From an uncultured delta proteobacterium (GTDB taxonomy: Bacteria > Desulfobacterota > Syntrophobacteria > BM002), in the NCBI GenBank assembly GCA_963712115.1, contig CAVQGX010000057.1:1-34042 (forward strand): 34,042 nucleotides of DNA, written 5' to 3'. How positions within the stretch are numbered: position 1 is the stretch's first letter; each line of letters opens with the position of its first letter. Made by a program: the position numbers and the translations under genes. The notes beneath the pieces are model-generated. The model searched no databases and was not told the DNA's origin. It worked only from the letters and a program-made list of their open reading frames with translations. This document shows, one piece after another, positions 31,136-34,042 of this stretch.

Positions 31136-31450
31136 ATGGGTACTTTCAGGAAGCAATCACTTATTTTTCTGCTTGCAGCTGTGCTCGCCTTTACCTGGGC
31201 GGCCACCCCCGCCCTGGCTTCGGAAAAGAAGTATGTAATCGGAGAAGACAGGAATGCGCCTGCCATGATCTTTGATATGGTGCTCCTCAGACCTCTAGGT
31301 CTGGTTGGTTTCGCCGTAGGCACAGCCTTCTTCATCGTTTCTCTGCCATTCAGTCTACTTGGGGGCAATACCGGTGAAGCTGCACAGAAACTGGTTGTGG
31401 CACCTGCCAAGTACACTTTTACCCGTCCACTGGGTGCGGAAGATTACTAA
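31136..31450 (+). CDS. Conserved small membrane/exported protein
   Basis: AAGGAGG RBS, signal peptide, D..LLRPLG...G...F.VSLPFS..GG...A..LV..PAKYTFTRPLG pattern. Confidence 0.8.
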   Translation: MGTFRKQSLIFLLAAVLAFTWAATPALASEKKYVIGEDRNAPAMIFDMVLLRPLGLVGFAVGTAFFIVSLPFSLLGGNTGEAAQKLVVAPAKYTFTRPLGAEDY

Positions 31451-31600
31451 GCTCCTTGGACCGGTAGAAGGCAAAATAATCCGTGGAGGGATGATCTCCC
31501 TACTCTCACCTCTTCGCCAAGCGGCTGGCTCGTGAGCGTTGCTGGACGATCTCACTATGTCGGCTCAGTTTTGGTCCCCGCAGAACGAGAGCTTTAACCT

Positions 31601-32425
31601 ATGAATGTCCTGGAGGCCTTGTGTCTCGGCGCTCTGCAAGGTATCACTGAATTTCTCCCAATTAGCAGCTCAGGACATCTGGTACTGGCCCAACATTTGT
31701 TAGGATTCCAGGAATCACAACTGTTTTTTGATATTGCGGTACATGTAGGTACCCTCATGGCCGTATTCTTGGTCTTTCGGGGCGATTTGAGCCTGATGCT
31801 TAGGGGCTGCTTCAGGGCCATAGGCCAGGCAACCTCCTCCCAAGCCACTCCCACTTCCAACGGTTTGGATAGTGGCGTAAAGATGGCTTTAATGATTCTG
31901 GTGGGTTCCGTACCCACAGCTTTCATCGGTTTACTTTTAAGGGACCTCTTCGATCGCCTCTTTGCCTCACCTGCCATTGTCGCTCTAGGTTTGTGGACCA
32001 CCGGTTTTTTTCTCATCTGGAGTCGTTGGTCCAAGCCGCGCCGCAAGCATCTGGAAAATCCCGGAGTATTTGACTCCCTGATGATTGGCTTGGTTCAGGG
32101 CGCGGCAATCACCCCTGGCCTGTCGCGCTCGGGAGTCACTATCACCCTGGGGATGCTACTCGGCCTTGAACCAGACCTGGCATTCCGCTTTTCTTTTCTC
32201 CTGTCCATTCCAGCCATTCTGGGAGCTCTGGCCCTCGAAGCGTTTCACGGAGGTGGCAACTATCCTGAATGGCATGTGGTGGCCGCAGGTTTTCTCTCGG
32301 CTTTTCTTGTCGGTTGGATCGCCTTGCGCCTATTGCGATCTTTGGTAGGTAAGGGAAAGCTATTCTATTTTGCCCCTTATTGCTTTGTGCTGGGAGCTGT
32401 GGCTCTTACTATTGCCCTCTTCTGA
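31601..32425 (+). CDS. uppP: Undecaprenyl-diphosphate phosphatase
   Basis: LQGITEFLPISSSGHL, HVGTL, PGLSRSGVT, FSFLLSIPA. Confidence 0.96.
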   Translation: MNVLEALCLGALQGITEFLPISSSGHLVLAQHLLGFQESQLFFDIAVHVGTLMAVFLVFRGDLSLMLRGCFRAIGQATSSQATPTSNGLDSGVKMALMILVGSVPTAFIGLLLRDLFDRLFASPAIVALGLWTTGFFLIWSRWSKPRRKHLENPGVFDSLMIGLVQGAAITPGLSRSGVTITLGMLLGLEPDLAFRFSFLLSIPAILGALALEAFHGGGNYPEWHVVAAGFLSAFLVGWIALRLLRSLVGKGKLFYFAPYCFVLGAVALTIALF

Positions 32426-32447
32426 TTTGAAAATTCGCTAAGTTCTG

Positions 32448-32576
32448 AACCACAAAGAGATGCAATTTCAGATTGCGGATTGCAGAATGCAGATTGCGAA
32501 ATCTTTTAGTTCCCATTTGTGTAAATCTTCAATCTGAAATCTTAAATCTCAAATATCCTTCGTGTTCTTCGTGGTG
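32448..32576. repeat. Nested repeat: 9-mer arms (accacaaag / cttcgtggt) around a 7-mer inverted array
   Basis: aaccacaaagaga | cagattgcggattgcagaatgcagattgcg ... aatctgaaatcttaaatctcaaat | ccttcgtgttcttcgtggt. Confidence 0.75.
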
Positions 32577-32624
32577 TAAAAACAGTGGCGTTTGAAACTG
32601 CTTCGGTTGGCTTGCTATAGGCGG

Positions 32625-33269
32625 TCAGATTAGTTCAACAAGGTTTCTGCGTACTGCATAATGCACCAGCTCGGCTGTGCTCTTGCAGCCAAGCTTCAAG
32701 AGAATATTGGTGCGGTGAGTGTCCAGAGTTCGGACGCTTATGTTGAGCCTCTTGCCGATCTCCTTCCTGCTTTTCCCTTCTGCTATGAGCTTAAGCACCT
32801 CCCTCTCGCGCGGAGAGAGCTTTGGTCGCTCCTTTTCTTCGCCGATTTCGTCGTATCCCTTGATCTGGTGGCCCGATATGGACGGACTCAGAAATCGTTC
32901 TCCTCTGCAGATGGCTTTGAGAGCGCCGAATAGGCATTGGGCGTCGGCGTCTTTCACTAGATAGCCTGAGCCACCAGCTTCAAAAAACTGGGCAACAAAT
33001 CCCTCGTCTTTGTGCATGGTGAGGGCAACCACTTTGGTGTCAGGTAGTGCTTTAATGATTAGACGAGTCGCCTCGATTCCGCTCAGGTCGGGCATAGAAA
33101 TGTCCATGAGAACGAGATCAGGTCGACACTTCTTGACCTGGTCAATAGCGGAGTGGCAGCTGTCGGTACTGCCGATCACACAAAACTCGGGTCTGGCTTC
33201 TAGGAGAAGTTTCAGGGACTCGGCAAAAATAGTGTGGTCATCAACGAGAAAGACGTTGTGTTTTTGCAT
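32625..33269 (-). CDS. NarL/FixJ (LuxR-HTH) family response regulator
   Basis: LVDDH, LMDISMP, LTMH, GYLVKD receiver residues; LSPREREVLKLIAEG...ISVRTLDTHR HTH. Confidence 0.95.
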   Translation of the reverse strand: MQKHNVFLVDDHTIFAESLKLLLEARPEFCVIGSTDSCHSAIDQVKKCRPDLVLMDISMPDLSGIEATRLIIKALPDTKVVALTMHKDEGFVAQFFEAGGSGYLVKDADAQCLFGALKAICRGERFLSPSISGHQIKGYDEIGEEKERPKLSPREREVLKLIAEGKSRKEIGKRLNISVRTLDTHRTNILLKLGCKSTAELVHYAVRRNLVELI

Positions 33270-33443
33270 GGGTATGCTATACGCATCTGGGGTTACATGC
33301 TCTTACACCATCACTCGTCGCGTTATGTAGCCCCAATATTTCACCAATCAGTTTGGCGGGAGGGTGAAATATTGGGCTCAAGGAAAAATCGATCAACTTC
33401 TTTTACTAGCAGATTGCTCGGCCCTGGGTCAACAATAATTACG

Positions 33444-33472
33444 TTGACACTTCTTCATCTACTTGATATAAG
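33444..33472 (+). promoter_or_regulatory. sigma70 promoter of the tRNA gene
   Basis: TTGACA-N17-TATAAG with a TG extended -10, ending 17 nt before the tRNA. Confidence 0.65.
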
Positions 33473-33489
33473 TAAACTTTACACCGGGT

Positions 33490-33566
<77 letters not shown>

Positions 33567-33582
33567 ATTTAATTAGCAACAT

Positions 33583-33640
33583 AGCCGGTGGTAGCGGATT
33601 ATTGGTAGACACTGCCAAATCCTCACCATCGGCTTTTTTT
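33583..33640 (+). terminator. Intrinsic terminator after tRNA-Ala
   Basis: AGCCGGTGGT...ACCATCGGCT long imperfect stem followed by a T-run. Confidence 0.7.
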
Positions 33641-33852
33641 GTCAGTAACTCCACACCGCTTGAAAAAGCAACAGTGGAATGTTGGGAATCAAGCATTCCA
33701 GCAGACAGATTCACAATCTCACTATAAACTACTCCTAAAAATTATCCTCCGTGCTATGAATCTTGAGATCAAGCAACCCCGTGATCAAATTATTTACCCG
33801 GGCCAGGCTACCTTCACCTCCGGCACCACCCCTGGAAACACCCCCTATGGAC

Positions 33853-34036
33853 TAGCCCGGATGTTTGATGAATTGCTGTCGCGAGACCACGAAGATGGGC
33901 GTGCCACCGGGAAACCGCAGGGTGTGGGTCCCGAGGCGTACCTGAACGGTACGTCGCAGGGATCGACACCCGAGGACGCACGGAAGGACGGCTATATTAG
34001 TGGTCGTAGTAAGCGATTCATCAAACATCCGGGCTA
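33853..34036. mobile_element. MITE-like non-autonomous element with 25-bp terminal inverted repeats
   Basis: TAGCCCGGATGTTTGATGAATTGCT (33853-33877) and AGCGATTCATCAAACATCCGGGCTA (34012-34036), 24/25 complementary, with TA at both ends. The interior is also near-palindromic. Confidence 0.85.
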
Positions 34037-34042
34037 ACGAGC

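Noticed and set aside
33639-34037. 132-aa ORF after the tRNA
   Set aside because: It has no recognisable motif or RBS, and its 3' half is simply read through the MITE.

Overview
This is a bacterial chromosomal window. Its gene style and intergenic repeats suggest an anaerobic Deltaproteobacteria/Desulfobacterota-like organism, but this is inference. Positions 1-22.6 kb form a carbohydrate-catabolism supercluster. A long minus-strand run reads eno, fbaA, pckA, pgm, pfk, an uncharacterised nucleoside-phosphorylase-fold protein, an SLC13/TrkA-C transporter, pyk, a 3' remnant of glgP, glgX, pgi, a GT4 glycosyltransferase and a GH13_18 sugar phosphorylase. A divergent archaeal-type phosphoglycerate mutase (apgM) follows, converging on a two-gene W/Mo aldehyde:ferredoxin oxidoreductase of the GOR (GorS/GorL) type. 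gap, pgk and tpi are absent from the window, so the cluster may encode a ferredoxin-reducing, non-phosphorylating variant of glycolysis fed from glycogen or glycosides. Positions 23-34 kb hold unrelated genes: an ABC substrate-binding protein, a large MscS, a membrane GGDEF protein, an SIS protein, small proteins, uppP, an orphan NarL-type regulator, tRNA-Ala(GGC) and a palindromic MITE. Four genes each carry a single extra base, probably sequencing error. Many intergenic spaces contain nested, self-complementary arrays of degenerate 7-9-nt repeats. All family assignments come from motif recognition by eye; no searches were run.
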